Made by a program: the position numbers and the translations under genes. DNA of 63,739 nucleotides, counting the filler, from Reticulomyxa filosa (taxonomy: Eukaryota > Protista > Foraminifera), in assembly GCA_000512085.1 (NCBI GenBank). It is 17 parts of 17 records of this genome, joined end to end, with 100 filler letters (N's around TTAATTAATTAA, not from the genome) between each part and the next. Parts side by side here need not be neighbours in the genome. Positions count along the whole stretch, not along the records: positions 31,202 to 51,169 come from ASPP01023824.1; positions 51,270 to 52,988 come from ASPP01019247.1; positions 53,089 to 54,280 come from ASPP01018506.1; positions 54,381 to 56,773 come from ASPP01003165.1; positions 56,874 to 57,996 come from ASPP01038945.1; positions 58,097 to 59,400 come from ASPP01002361.1; positions 59,501 to 60,819 come from ASPP01022661.1; 10 more parts are not named here. One strand, written 5' to 3'. Shown in pieces: positions 48,273 through 60,224 of the stretch. Numbering within the stretch: the stretch's first letter is position 1; each line of letters starts with the position of its first letter. The notes beneath the pieces are model-generated. The model was given only the letters and a program-made list of their open reading frames with translations. It was not told the origin of the DNA and searched no databases.

Positions 48273-50240
48273 ATGTCCAAAGGACGTGAAATTATTTCAG
48301 GTTTTAAGAAGCTTGCCTTGTGTTTCCATTGCCAACTGTAAAGCAAAAAACAAAAACGAGTAGTGATGTGTGAAGAGTAAACAAAAGACCTAAAAAACAT
48401 ATAACACAGTCCATATTGGACAAGCAGGTTGCCAAATGGCAACAACAATATGGGAACAATACTGCAAAGAACACCGTGTGGACTTGGACGGGACACTGAA
48501 GTCTCGTCGAATTCGCGGCTTGGAGAGAGTGCGAATAAACAAAGACAAGGAATTTGAACGTGTCGACGAAGAGAAAGAAAAAGAGAAGGAAAAAGAGAAA
48601 ACGGATGAATCACCAGCGGTATTGTATTGTACATGTTTGTTGTGTAATGCGCTATTCTCTATTGCTGCTATGCATATATGTACAAAAATATGAACACATA
48701 AAATATTCGCAATAAGTTTGACCAGCGCGGCGTGTGTATTGTGTTGAGGACAGAAACAACGTTCAGAAGTGACAGAGGCGACAGTATTTTTTCAACACAT
48801 AACCGGGAATGATAGATTTGTTCCACGAAGCGTATTGGTGGATTTGGAATCCAGTGTCATCGATGAAGTGAGGGCCAGTTCCTTTGGGGCTTTGTTTAAT
48901 GCGAATATGTTAGTCAATGGAAAAGAAGACGCGGCAAATAATTATGCGCGAGGACATTACACCGTTGGTCAATCAATCGCACCACTTGTAATGGAACGAG
49001 TGAGGAAACAGGTCGAAGGTAGTGATCGCTGTCAAGGATTTATATTCAACTGCGCCGTCGGAGGTGGCACTGGCTCTGGTATTGAATCTCTATTTATGTA
49101 GTTCAATGTCTGTGTATTTGTATGCAATTCCACAAAGGTCAAGTGCTCGCGGAATCGCAACATGCAAAGCGATTTTTTGTGTCTTGAATCTCAATGCAAA
49201 GGCTTGGGTGCACTCTTGCAAAAAGAGATGAAAAGCGCATATTCAAAGGTTCCACAAATATCATTTGCGATTTACCCGTCACTATTAATGTCTACGTGCG
49301 TCGTGGAGCCTTATAATGCATTGCTGGCGACACACGGAATGATTGATTACAATGATATCACTGTTGTGTTGGATAACGAAGCGGGATATGATCTCGTGGC
49401 GCAACACTTGCTTAAATACTCGGGCAATCCACAAGCAAAAGCATCTTATTACAACATTAACTCCTTGGTATGCAAAGTAGTTTCGAGTATGACCTGTGGG
49501 CTGCGTTTTGTTGGGGAACAACAAATTATGATCGCCGACATGCAAACCAACTTGGTTCCTTTTCCACGTTTGCATTTTATGACATGCAGTTTGACTCCCA
49601 TTGTCAGCGAATCCAACAAAGAATATACTCCTTGGAATGAAGAAGACATCACTTTGCGAGCTTTTGAAAAAGAATACATGTTTATCAAATTTCACGATTG
49701 GGACGTTCAAGAAGATCAAGTTGAGATAGCTTACATTCAATGTCTATTTTTTATTTTTTTAGTTGGAACTTGATCAAAACAAACTTTTTTTTTTTGTAGT
49801 ACTGTGGGATCTCTTTGATATATCGTGGAAATGCTAATGTCACAGCGATCAACTCAGCAATTCAAAAGGCCAAACACTCACGACTGAAATTAGTAGAATG
49901 GTGTCCAACCGGCTTCAAAACATCTATTATTGATCGAGGTTTATCGGCTCTCACTGACGACGGCATCATGGCCACAGACAAAAGCCTCACCATGATTGGC
50001 AACAATACTGCCGTCACCAGACCTTTCGAACAACGTATTGGCCGCAAATTCGATCTTATGTACTCGCAGCGAGCATTTGTCCATTGGTATGTCGGAGAAG
50101 GAATGGAAGAAGGTGAATTCGCTGAGGCCCGAGAAGACCTAGGACTGTTAGTGAAAGACTATACTGATTTAAAAACTAACCGTCCATCAGATGATGAAAA
50201 TTCCACTGGAGACGCTGACGATACACAAAATCAAGAATAA
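48273..50240 (+). CDS. TUBA: Highly divergent alpha-tubulin; exons 48273-48300, 48410-48618, 48754-49078, 49202-49719, 49800-50240
   Basis: MSKGREIIS|VHIGQAGCQ, FVPRSVLVDLE, GKEDAANNYARGHYTVG, GGGTGSG, VVEPYN, DNEA, QTNLVPFPRLHF, WCPTGFK and KFDLMYSQRAFVHWYVGEGMEEGEF. The frame is intact across four introns. Confidence 0.95.
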
Positions 50241-50783
50241 ACTCGTTTTACGAGTAATTGTCACTTGTTGTTTTTGTCTTTTTTGTTTTGGTTTTGCTTT
50301 TTTGTGTTTTGAGCTGTTGAAAGTGAAAATGATGTATATAAAATCGGTCTCCTCTTGTTGTTTGTTTTTCGTCCTGATTGAATGCAGCTTTGAAGATCTT
50401 GTCAGAAAAGAAGCAACACTATTTTCCAATACGAAGCAACAAAAATATCTTCGCCACTTAAGGGTTATTCGGCATTGCATAACAATAAGACCAACCTTAA
50501 CATTTTGTAGGAACAGTGAGTGCAACTAAGTGTATACGAACTTTGTTCTAAAAACAAAATTTCAGTAAAACGGAATGAATTAAATGAAGATAATTTAAAA
50601 AGTAACACTTGAACTTCAAGATTGTAAATCTTTTGATTTTTTTGAATATAATATAAAATAAAAAGTGTAACAATTATTTTGAGTATATATATAAGTTTGA
50701 ATTTATATATATATTAAAAAAAAGTTGCCATAGATGAGGAATATATTCATAAACGTTTTAATATATAATACATATATAATATA

Positions 50784-51169
50784 TTAGATTAAATTGGACC
50801 ATAGTTCAATGACGTCATCATCATTGTCGGTGATATTCGTTTTCTCGTCGTCAAGGTCAAGATCAACGGTAGATCGAGTGGACACCAAAGAAGAGCACAA
50901 GTCTTGATATTCTTCATATTTGCGTCGATTCCAAGCCTTTTGATCCAAGTTGTTTTGGTCATGGCGTTGCGTCAAGGCTTCATTGACACGGAACAGTCTT
51001 ATGACCGAGTTCTTTGCGTGTTGCAGGTCGTTTGTCAACTCTTGGATAGTACCCAATCGATTCAACAGTTCGACTTCATAACCACTTCGGTTGATTTGTA
51101 TCTGCTTTGCCAATATCTTCATTTGCTCGTCTAGTTGATTTCGAACATTTGCAAGTGTGCTTACCATTT
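50784..51169 (-). CDS. 3' end of a coiled-coil protein
   Basis: 127-aa open frame with heptad character, cut by the contig end. Confidence 0.5.
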
Positions 51170-51269
51170 NNNNNNNNNNNNNNNNNNNNNNNNNNNNNNN
51201 NNNNNNNNNNNNNTTAATTAATTAANNNNNNNNNNNNNNNNNNNNNNNNNNNNNNNNNNNNNNNNNNNN

Positions 51270-51680
51270 ATGAGGAAGATGTTTGTAAATATCATGTAAT
51301 AATACATCTAAGTTTTTGTTTTTCATTTTTGAAATGTTTGATGAGATTATATTATCAGTAATTCAAATGTGATATGTTCTGGATCACGTGATGGTACAAT
51401 TCGGTTTTGGATCAAATAAGGGAGAAATATATGTGATCGAAGGAGAAAAATGATGGAATAAAGTAGATGATAAGAAAAAATCAAAAAATGGGCGGTGTTC
51501 GTTTATATTATAGCTTAGCAAATAATCAAATTTGTGTTTGGGGATAAATTTTTTCTATGTTGAATGGGATGAATAGTCAAAAAAAGAAATAAGATTTGTT
51601 ATTGAACATTGGGTTCGAATTTTAAAGATAAAATCAGGATAGATCGAAGATTTTTATCAAATTATTTTTATAATTATTAC
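51270..51680 (+). pseudogene. Decayed WD40 gene with a GWI-module exon
   Basis: NVICSGSRDGTIRFW remnant (~51365-51410) and SKKEIRFVIEHWVRILKIKSG*IEDF (from 51577), which contains a stop. Confidence 0.65.
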
Positions 51681-52021
51681 TGTTCGTTCTTTTTTCAACA
51701 TGTTTTGCATTTGCAAGAGAGAGTTCAAAAATTTTTACAATAAATTCTTTTTTTTCTTAAGATTCAATTAACATCTTACTTCTTATTCTAAGAAAAGAGT
51801 CATCGTTATTAATAGAAACAGCAAAAATCAAAAACAAAGATTTTTTAATTAATATATCCAAGCAATAAAAAAGTTTGCAATTTTGTTGGAAATAACAGAA
51901 AAAGAAAAAATATTTAAGTCATTTGTTTATAATCAACTGATATTCATTGAACAGCACACAATAACAAAGCAACAAAAGTATTGCAATTCTAAAAAAACAG
52001 ATCAAATTTTTTGTTTTCTGT

Positions 52022-52735
52022 TTATTTTTTTTGAAGTTGATTTTCAATGTTTGTTACCCGTTTCTCTAAACCATCGATTTTTCTGTCAATACTTTGTAAT
52101 AACTCTAAAATTTCATAGATTTTGCTTGCATTGGACTTGTCGATTGTTATTTCTTCGGCTGTGTTTTTCTCGACTGGTTTTTCTTCATCCAGTATTAATT
52201 CATCTTTATCCAATCGAATTTTTTTGGTTGGTATTATTTCGTGTATATCATCGTCGCTACTATCTTTTCTTTTTCGTTTTTGCATCTTTTTGCTTGGTTC
52301 TTCGCTATTATTTTTTTGTTCAGCAATTGGTTTGAACCAATGTTGAGTCAAAGTTGATTGTAATTTGTCATTGACTTCTATGCCACGTAAACGATTTATT
52401 TTGCTAAAAAATGATTTGGCATTCCACTCAGACATTCCTTCGGCAACTTTCCAAAAATTAGGATATACTATTTTCAATTTAGTCCATTTTTCGAAACTGG
52501 TAACCTTTCTTTTCGCAATAGCATTAAACTGTTGATGATTGGTATTGACACAATCTAGGTCAATTAAAAATTCTTCATCCAAATGTGGATACTTTGTAGC
52601 AACATCAGAACTTATTTTCAATTCTTTGCAATCAATTTTTTTATGTCGATTGGATTTCCATTTGCGGTACAAAGCGTAATCGTCAGAAAACTTCTTAATA
52701 TTGCGATGAATTTTTTCATTGTCATTAAGTTGCAT
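52022..52735 (-). CDS. Intronless hypothetical 237-aa protein with basic NLS-like patches and a C-terminal zipper
   Basis: Complete ATG-to-stop ORF; KKMQKRKRK; ILELLQSIDRKIDGLEKRVTNIE. Confidence 0.6.
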   Translation of the reverse strand: MQLNDNEKIHRNIKKFSDDYALYRKWKSNRHKKIDCKELKISSDVATKYPHLDEEFLIDLDCVNTNHQQFNAIAKRKVTSFEKWTKLKIVYPNFWKVAEGMSEWNAKSFFSKINRLRGIEVNDKLQSTLTQHWFKPIAEQKNNSEEPSKKMQKRKRKDSSDDDIHEIIPTKKIRLDKDELILDEEKPVEKNTAEEITIDKSNASKIYEILELLQSIDRKIDGLEKRVTNIENQLQKK

Positions 52736-53088
52736 CTTAGATCAAGCAATGCTGCTAGAAAAACCTCAGTAAATAGCAAAAAAAAAAACGATGATAATGA
52801 TTCAATATCAATTTTTTTTTTAAGGAACCTTTTCCCAAGTTAAAAAACAAAAAAAATAAAAAAAAAAGTTTCACAATTAAATTTTTCAGTTTCAAAAAAT
52901 AGACAATAAAACTATATTTTATCAGTGAAAAAAAAGTTAAAAATGATATAAGTAATACAAGTATTTCATTAATGAAAGTATATCCAAANNNNNNNNNNNN
53001 NNNNNNNNNNNNNNNNNNNNNNNNNNNNNNNNTTAATTAATTAANNNNNNNNNNNNNNNNNNNNNNNNNNNNNNNNNNNNNNNNNNNN

Positions 53089-53675
53089 GCAGTTTCGTCA
53101 TGCTGAACCTGCGCACCGCGCACAGCCCCTATCAGGACAATTACCGCCACGCCGGCGCGCGCTTTGCACGCTGGCCGACCGACGACAGCCTGCCGTACGC
53201 CACGCGCAAGTCCAATGCCTACGATAACGCCGTGCTGTACGCCGATGACGTGCTGGGCCAGATCATCCGCCAGTTCGAGGCGCTGCGCGGCGAGCGCTAC
53301 CTGCTGATCACCGGCGACCACGGCCAGTTGCTGGGCGAGCAGGGGCGCTGGGGGCATAACGACCTGCAGCCCGAGGTAGCCGACGTGCCGATGTTGCTAC
53401 TGGCGCGGCAGGCACCGCCGGCCGCCGCTGCGGCGCTGGCGGCCCAGTCGCATGTCAGTCATTACGAAGCCGGGGTATGGTTGGCCGCCAGGTTGGGCTA
53501 CCGGGTCAGCAACCCGCAGTGGCGCGAGGGCGAGCATTATCTGCTGGGCAAACTGTTGTGGCAGGACAACCCCTTGCGGCCCCTGCGCGAGCAGGGCGGG
53601 CAGCTACACTTTGCCCCGCCGCTGCTGCTGAGTGACTGGCTGCGACGGGCGGCTACCCCCGCCGTGGGTAGCTGA
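53089..53675 (+). CDS. Bacterial sulfatase/phosphoethanolamine-transferase-like (alkaline phosphatase superfamily) protein, 5' partial
   Basis: AHSPY, NAYDNAVLYAD, LITGDHGQLLGE, WGH and VPMLL; GC-rich, with no introns. Confidence 0.85.
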
Positions 53676-53799
53676 GTGGTCCGTACTTTGCCTTACAGTG
53701 GGTACGGGAATTGTTGCTACAATGTTCTGATATTAAATACAGACGATAGTTGTAAGACTTTTCTCGGCATGGCGCGTAGCCACGCTGATACCGGACGCC

Positions 53800-54280
53800 A
53801 TGCCACCACTCCTGCCCGTACTGGCCGCGCTTGCGCTGCTGCTAACACCGTTTGCCCATGCCCAGCGCCTGGTGTTCGCCTTCAATACGGCCGAGCCCTA
53901 CAAGGTGCTGGATGCGGCTGGCCGCCCGGCCGGCGCCTACGTGGACATCATCCGCGAGCTGGCGCGACGCAGCCAGCTGGTGCTGCAGATCGAACAGGTA
54001 CCGCTGAAGCGGGTGTTGGCGATGCTGGAAAACGGCAGTGCCGACATCAGCATCGGCATCAAGGGTGGGCCTGACCGAGACAGCTATCTGCAGTTTCTCG
54101 ACCCGCCGTTTGCCCCCAGTAGCCGTACCGTGGTGTTGCAGCGCGCCAGCGACCCGCGGGTATTGCGCAGCTACGAGGATTTGCTGCCGCTGCGCATTGG
54201 TGTGGTGGACGGTGTGCATTACTTCCCGAGGTTCGATGACGACCGCCGTCTGAAGCGCGATGCCGCCCCCCAATGTGGAT
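53800..54280 (+). CDS. Bacterial periplasmic substrate-binding protein (family 3/PBP2), 3' partial
   Basis: Signal peptide ending AHA, then EPY, GAYVDIIREL, PLKRVLAMLENGSADI, SYEDL and IGVVDG. Confidence 0.85.
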
Positions 54281-55599
54281 NNNNNNNNNNNNNNNNNNNN
54301 NNNNNNNNNNNNNNNNNNNNNNNNTTAATTAATTAANNNNNNNNNNNNNNNNNNNNNNNNNNNNNNNNNNNNNNNNNNNNTTCCCTTCAAAAAACAACTT
54401 TTTTAGCAAATTGAAACAATGATGTTTTTTTTTAATCAATAAAACAACACTTGCACGTTTCGTGCGTTCGTCGTTAAGACCAAAAGGAAGTAAAACCAAA
54501 AGCAAAAAAAAAAACATTTAATATCAAAAATCTGAAAGAAAAAATGAAAACATAAAAGCAATAATAAAAAACATATTAATGTTCCTTTCATAAATTGCGG
54601 AATACCAACGTAGACCGGTTGATATCACAATTTCCCTTTTTAAATTGTGAGATACTGGCAGCATTCACAAAAACTGTAAGATGTAACACTAATTCAAACA
54701 AACAAATGAAACAAAACATCAATTTACTTTGGTAAAAAAAAAATTTCCTTCGGTATTTACAACTACTAAAGGACCATAATTAATTTATCATAGCATGAAA
54801 GCTCTGTTTTCTCATTTGGTGTTTTTCCGACACACGACAACATATTTTTGCTGTTTGGTGCTTTCTAGTGCCTTTCCTTCGGTGCCTTTTTTTAGTTTCC
54901 TGGTCTTCGTGGTCTTTTCTTTAGTTTCCAGTCCTTGACACAACGAGAATACTTTGCATTCTTCACATCATCATATATTAATCTCACTTCTTTTAGCGCT
55001 TTTGTTATCAATATTCATCTTATTTTGATGATTTACCATTAGATTTGATGCTTGACCCAATTCCATGTGTGGTATTTTATCCAGTGAATTCGATTATGTT
55101 CTCCATGTTTGTGAGAATGTATGTGCTTTGATCTTTAATGCCAATTGCTTTCCATTTCCACCAAAAATTTCAATATTGATTATTTGATCTGTCTTCCATC
55201 CACTGGAGTGATCTTCTCCTTGCTGTTGAAAAATCGATATATAATCGCCCTGACATTTTCACAAAGAAACTTGCCAATCTTCAATTCACTAATTTTGATA
55301 AAAAATTTTCACAATCTTCCACGATATCGTGAAAAAAATTTTGAAAAGGTTTGTCCTATGTATGTATATATCTTCACAATTTTGTAAACTTGTTGTTTCC
55401 CAAAGCTAGTCCCACCGCTTCAGCCAATGTTGGCTTCGAAATATTCCACCTGGATAGCGATATCACTATATTACAAAATATCTTTCGATATCAATCAACT
55501 GCAATAAACTTGAATGCCCTTTCAAAAACAACTTTATCAAGTTGATAATGATGAATTATGCGTGAATTTTTTTAACATTATCTTATTAATTATTTAAAG

Positions 55600-55870
55600 A
55601 TCTTCTGACAATCCATAATCGTATATGTCAGAATCTCATTTGTTGAATAATACATTGATAACGAACTTATAATCAGTCATGATAATCATCCTTCCACAAT
55701 TGGATCTGTAATAATTATTTACACATTCCAATGCAAGTTTCATTGACTCGATCTATGCTACAATATGTATTGTAATACCATTGATTGGATATTCCAGCTC
55801 CAGCCATTGTGTCATATATTTATCTAATGTTAGTTCATTAAATATCACAAATTGTGGCTTATTGTATTGT
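55600..55870 (-). mobile_element. Decayed RNase H domain, probably from a non-LTR retrotransposon
   Basis: ...IVA*IESMKLALECV...RMIIMTDYKFVINVL matches the RNase H motifs AELxAIxxAL and IxTDS..V. The TAG sits at the catalytic Glu position. Confidence 0.55.
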
Positions 55871-56017
55871 GACTTCTGTTGAATATTTGTGATTAAATTT
55901 GAATCTGATTCAACTGCCAGTCTTTATGTCAGCTTCATGTATACAGCCACGATGCAATGTCGCTGCACATCAAATTCCACATTATCAGTTCTCCAATTAC
56001 TAATCAATGAAAGGATA

Positions 56018-56734
56018 TACGATAAGAAAAAAAGAAAATTGACACCTAAAATGCCACCTTATAGAGTTATTGTGTTTCTCCATGAAAAAACAACATTTAA
56101 TCAAAATTTTTAAAAAAATATCTACGAATCGTGTATCATTTTGGTTTTTTATTAGTCTTTACAATTTTTTCAAAAATTTTAATCTTTCATTTGATTTGGT
56201 AAAATTTCTTTAAAAAAGTTGACAATCGTGTTTTTCTCGTAGTCATGAAATTTGCCAATCTTTTTTAAACAATTTTTGATATTTTTTTTAGGTGTTCGAT
56301 ATTGATTTTTATCACTTTGATTATTTTGTTGCCGAAATATTGATTGATATTTTGCTATTTTTGTTAAAATGAGAAAACATGTCGATGGTTTTGTGAAAGG
56401 TCGTGCTGTCGAAATGGCTCAAGCTATCGTAAAGTGGCCAAAAAATTTAAAGTTAGCTATGAGTGTGTTAGAAAATGGTTCTTAACTTTTAAAAAAGATT
56501 GTAGAATTTTGAAAAAACAACGTACTGGGCGTCCGCAAAAGATACCTTTGAGATTACATCGTATTATTGTCAGATGGTATTTTACAGCAAGAGATGTTAT
56601 AAGAGAAATGGAAAGAAGAAATTTTGCTCCGGTTTCGCGTCAAATAATTACAAATATGTTAAAGCAAAGGTGCTAAGTCCTATTATAAAAAAGAAAAAAC
56701 CATTGCTGACAATGAAACAGAAAAAAGCAAGATA
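56018..56734 (+). mobile_element. Tc1/mariner element: degenerate left TIR and frameshifted transposase N-terminus
   Basis: After TA (56018-19) there is a TIR-like ...ACACCTAAAATGCCACCTTAT. From 56369 the sequence reads MRKHVDGFVKGRAVEM / SYRKVAKKFKVSYECVRKW (HTH), RTGRPQK (GRPR-like), VSRQII and KKKPLLT...R. Confidence 0.8.
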
Positions 56735-56773
56735 CAGTAGGTTGCAAAGAAAACTGAACGCCTAAAACGATAT
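56735..56773. mobile_element. Tc1-family TIR inserted at a TA inside the transposase above
   Basis: TA|CAGTAGGTTGCAAAGAAAACTGAACGCCTAAAA, nearly identical to the TIR starting at 57927. Confidence 0.75.
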
Positions 56774-57299
56774 NNNNNNNNNNNNNNNNNNNNNNNNNNN
56801 NNNNNNNNNNNNNNNNNTTAATTAATTAANNNNNNNNNNNNNNNNNNNNNNNNNNNNNNNNNNNNNNNNNNNNATACATAAAAAGCATAAGCTGTTGTGC
56901 ATAATTTTCGATTCTGATGTAGAGAAAAAACAAAACAAAGTAAACTTTCAAAATTTATTTAGTATTCATACGATCAATTAAATTAAAATTCTGCTATCTG
57001 GAAAAAAAAACTTGTTTAATCGCAAATAACAATGTTTGACATTGTGTGGAAAATATGTTGACAATAAGCATATAATATTTTGTAACAAATAGTATTACAA
57101 TTGTTTATGAAGTTGTTCTCTTTATCTTTATTTTATTCATTTTCATCATCACAAAACCATTTATTTGTTTGGGTGAAGAAATCAAACAAAAAAGGAGATA
57201 CACTTTGAACGAGTCTTAGAGTAATGTGTTTATTCGTAGCATAGTGATAAAATATAGAGGTATAAGTTACTCCTAAAAATATAATAGTGTATTTGATTT

Positions 57300-57926
57300 A
57301 AATATATATCATTTAAAAGATGACAATATACCAATTAAAGACAATGAAATAATATCTGATCATTGTCTTATAAGAATATCAGATAAAGAAATGTTATTTT
57401 TTTATTATAAATCATGTATATTAATTAAATATGATGAATATAATAATAAATTTTATTTTAATCATATTAAAATATCTGATCAACTATCAAAATCAGTCAA
57501 TTATTGTTACGTGTATGTTGATGATATGATATTACTATTTGGTGGATGTATTGATATTAGTATTGCTTCGGCAAAAATATATAAATTTGTAATTATAAAT
57601 AATGAATGGGTTGATATTCAAAATAATTTATATATACCATTAACATATTGTGTTGCATTATTCAGTGAAGACGATGATCATATAAATATAATCGGAGGAT
57701 TAAATGATAAAAATGAAGAAGTATCAAATCATATGAAGATTAACTTGAGTGTATTTAATCCTTTACATTTGGTAATGATTTGTTTTTGTTTTTGTTTTTA
57801 TAAAATATAAATAAATTACAGTAAACAGGTAAAAAGTGAAATGAAAGATATTATTCAACATTGGATCAAGATTTTACAAATAAAATTTGGATGGATCGAC
57901 GATTTTGATACAATTATAATGAAATA
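57300..57926 (+). pseudogene. Kelch-repeat gene fragment with a C-terminal GWI module, interrupted by a Tc1 end
   Basis: ILLFGG...IYKF...NEW and INIIGG are Kelch motifs. Intron 57772-57828 is followed by VKSEMKDIIQHWIKILQIKFGWIDDFDTIIMKY. No intact 5' part is seen. Confidence 0.65.
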
Positions 57927-57996
57927 CAGTAGGTTGCAAAAAAAACTAAACACCTAAAATGCCACCTTATGAAGATGATAGATTTTCTTAATGAAA
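57927..57996. mobile_element. Tc1/mariner terminal inverted repeat at a TA target
   Basis: TA|CAGTAGGTTGCAAAAAAAACTAAACACCTAAAATGCCACCTTAT. A CAGT start after TA is typical of Tc1. Confidence 0.8.
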
Positions 57997-60224
57997 NNNN
58001 NNNNNNNNNNNNNNNNNNNNNNNNNNNNNNNNNNNNNNNNTTAATTAATTAANNNNNNNNNNNNNNNNNNNNNNNNNNNNNNNNNNNNNNNNNNNNGTCA
58101 CAATTACATCTCAAAAGTGTATTTTGTGATAAGATTACACAATCAAAAGAAATGAAAGAGAGAACAGTTATACCAGAGTTGTCGTAGTGGATGCACCTTT
58201 AGACAATGATTGCAAAGAATGATGGAGATATTCAAGTGGATGCATATTCCATAGGTTGAAACTTTCATTGGACATGCAATTCCATTATTCAAATTCAAAC
58301 ATAGAATGGATATACGTTATCCAGAACAATTGAGGGGGGATGGAGAGAAAAAAAGCATAGAAAATAGAAAAAAAAGAACAAAAAGCGAACAGAAGTGAAG
58401 GAGATTAGCTCTTTTTGAAGGTTGGTGTTGATGTATGTTGTTTGTATCATTTTTGTAATGGTTGTAATATATCCATCAAAACAAGCCCTTTCATTGTGAA
58501 ATGATTTACATTAGGTTTGGAGATTAAGAAGGGAAGGATAAAAGAAAATAAAAGAAGAATGAAAGAGTTGTTTAGAGCACATGGACTAGTACAAGCAATA
58601 TAGCAAGTGATAATGGATCGCATAAAAACGAATGGCAATGACAAAGTCTTGGTACAAAGAAGTGTGGTTCTATTGTAAGAAGCAAGGCATGTGTCCACGT
58701 CCACGCAGAAACAATTTGGATGAAAGAATCGACACAATAAAATCTTGAAGGTGTCGATATGCGTTATTGATGGTATGTATAAAACTCAAACACAAATGGA
58801 AATGGACACTACTTTCAATCCCAAAATTAATCATGTGAAAATATCCTGTTGATTGTATATACCTTCACATGTACTGCAATTATGTAGTATGCACTTTCAA
58901 TGTCACAAACCAATAGTAATGAAAGTACTGACATCGTGATCCAATCGTTTTTCGATACAATAAACTGGTTATTGTCGTTAAGCAATGTTAGAAAGGAGGC
59001 GATTGGATTGTTTATTATTTGCTTTATTGATAATTGCATTTGAAAGAAGATATTAAAGTGCAATTGCAAAACAACTGTTTTGTTTTATTTCTAATTTATC
59101 CGAACACTTTAAAAATATTTGTTTTATCAAATTTGATTAGTAGCAAAACTTGCTCAAAGTATTGTTGTTTTTTTTTTAAACAAATTCAAATTATTTGTGT
59201 TTTTTCTCTAAAACAAGGAATAGAATGCGAGCATTGGTGCCACAATGAAGAAACAAATGCATTCAGCTGTCGCATTGCCTAGTGGACAAGCCAACTCAAA
59301 TAAATCCTGTTTAAATGGAAAAGAACTAATATTTACGGAAAGAAATGTCTCTAAATGAATAGCTCCATCCAACAATGTGGATTCAATTATTCAATAGCTC
59401 NNNNNNNNNNNNNNNNNNNNNNNNNNNNNNNNNNNNNNNNNNNNTTAATTAATTAANNNNNNNNNNNNNNNNNNNNNNNNNNNNNNNNNNNNNNNNNNNN
59501 AAAAGGTGTTACTCTTTTTCTGGTGTCAGTTGTTGAAAAATATGGTGGAACATTTTAATTTTTTTCTTATGAAAAATGGCTATTTTGGAATTTTGTGTAT
59601 TCATTTTTTGCTTGTATATTTGATTGGAAATGACCACATTGATATTAAGACAGATGAAAGCTTTGTTTTTATTTTTATGCTATTCAATTGGTAATTCTGT
59701 CACTTTTTTAAAACTAAACTATAAACGGTTAGAAAAATAAAAATATTTTTTTTATTTCGGAAATATTTGCTTTCATTTTTGACTTTTATATTGCTGTACA
59801 TAATGCCTACGTCATACGCAAGTATTCTACATTGAATTGTACATGACAAACTAGTAATCGACCATATTTCAATCACTCTTCGAATAAAAAGGGTAGTTCA
59901 AAACAAAAAATAAATTACAACTTTGAATGAAAGATATTTGGTCAGCTTGTTGCATGGATTTTAAAGTAACATGACTGTACAAAGTTTTAATCTCATCGCA
60001 CAAATAAGGTTTAAGATAACCGAATACCATCAAATTAAGTTGATCAATCATTTCGATAAAACAGTGGCAATATTTTAAGTCATTTGTTTTGTTTTATTTG
60101 AGTTTACATTTCAACTTGATATTGATTTTCAAATATTGAAAATTTTAAATAGGCCTAATTGTGAAATAAACAGTATAAAATTTTCATTAAATGATTGTCT
60201 TTAAGTTATTGTTATATTTATTCA

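Noticed and set aside
53089-54280. Horizontal gene transfer into the host
   Set aside because: There is no junction to host DNA within the contig, and the composition is unameliorated.
58097-59400. Possible decayed REJ-like extracellular gene (NFHWTC-like remnant)
   Set aside because: Too degenerate to assign without a search.
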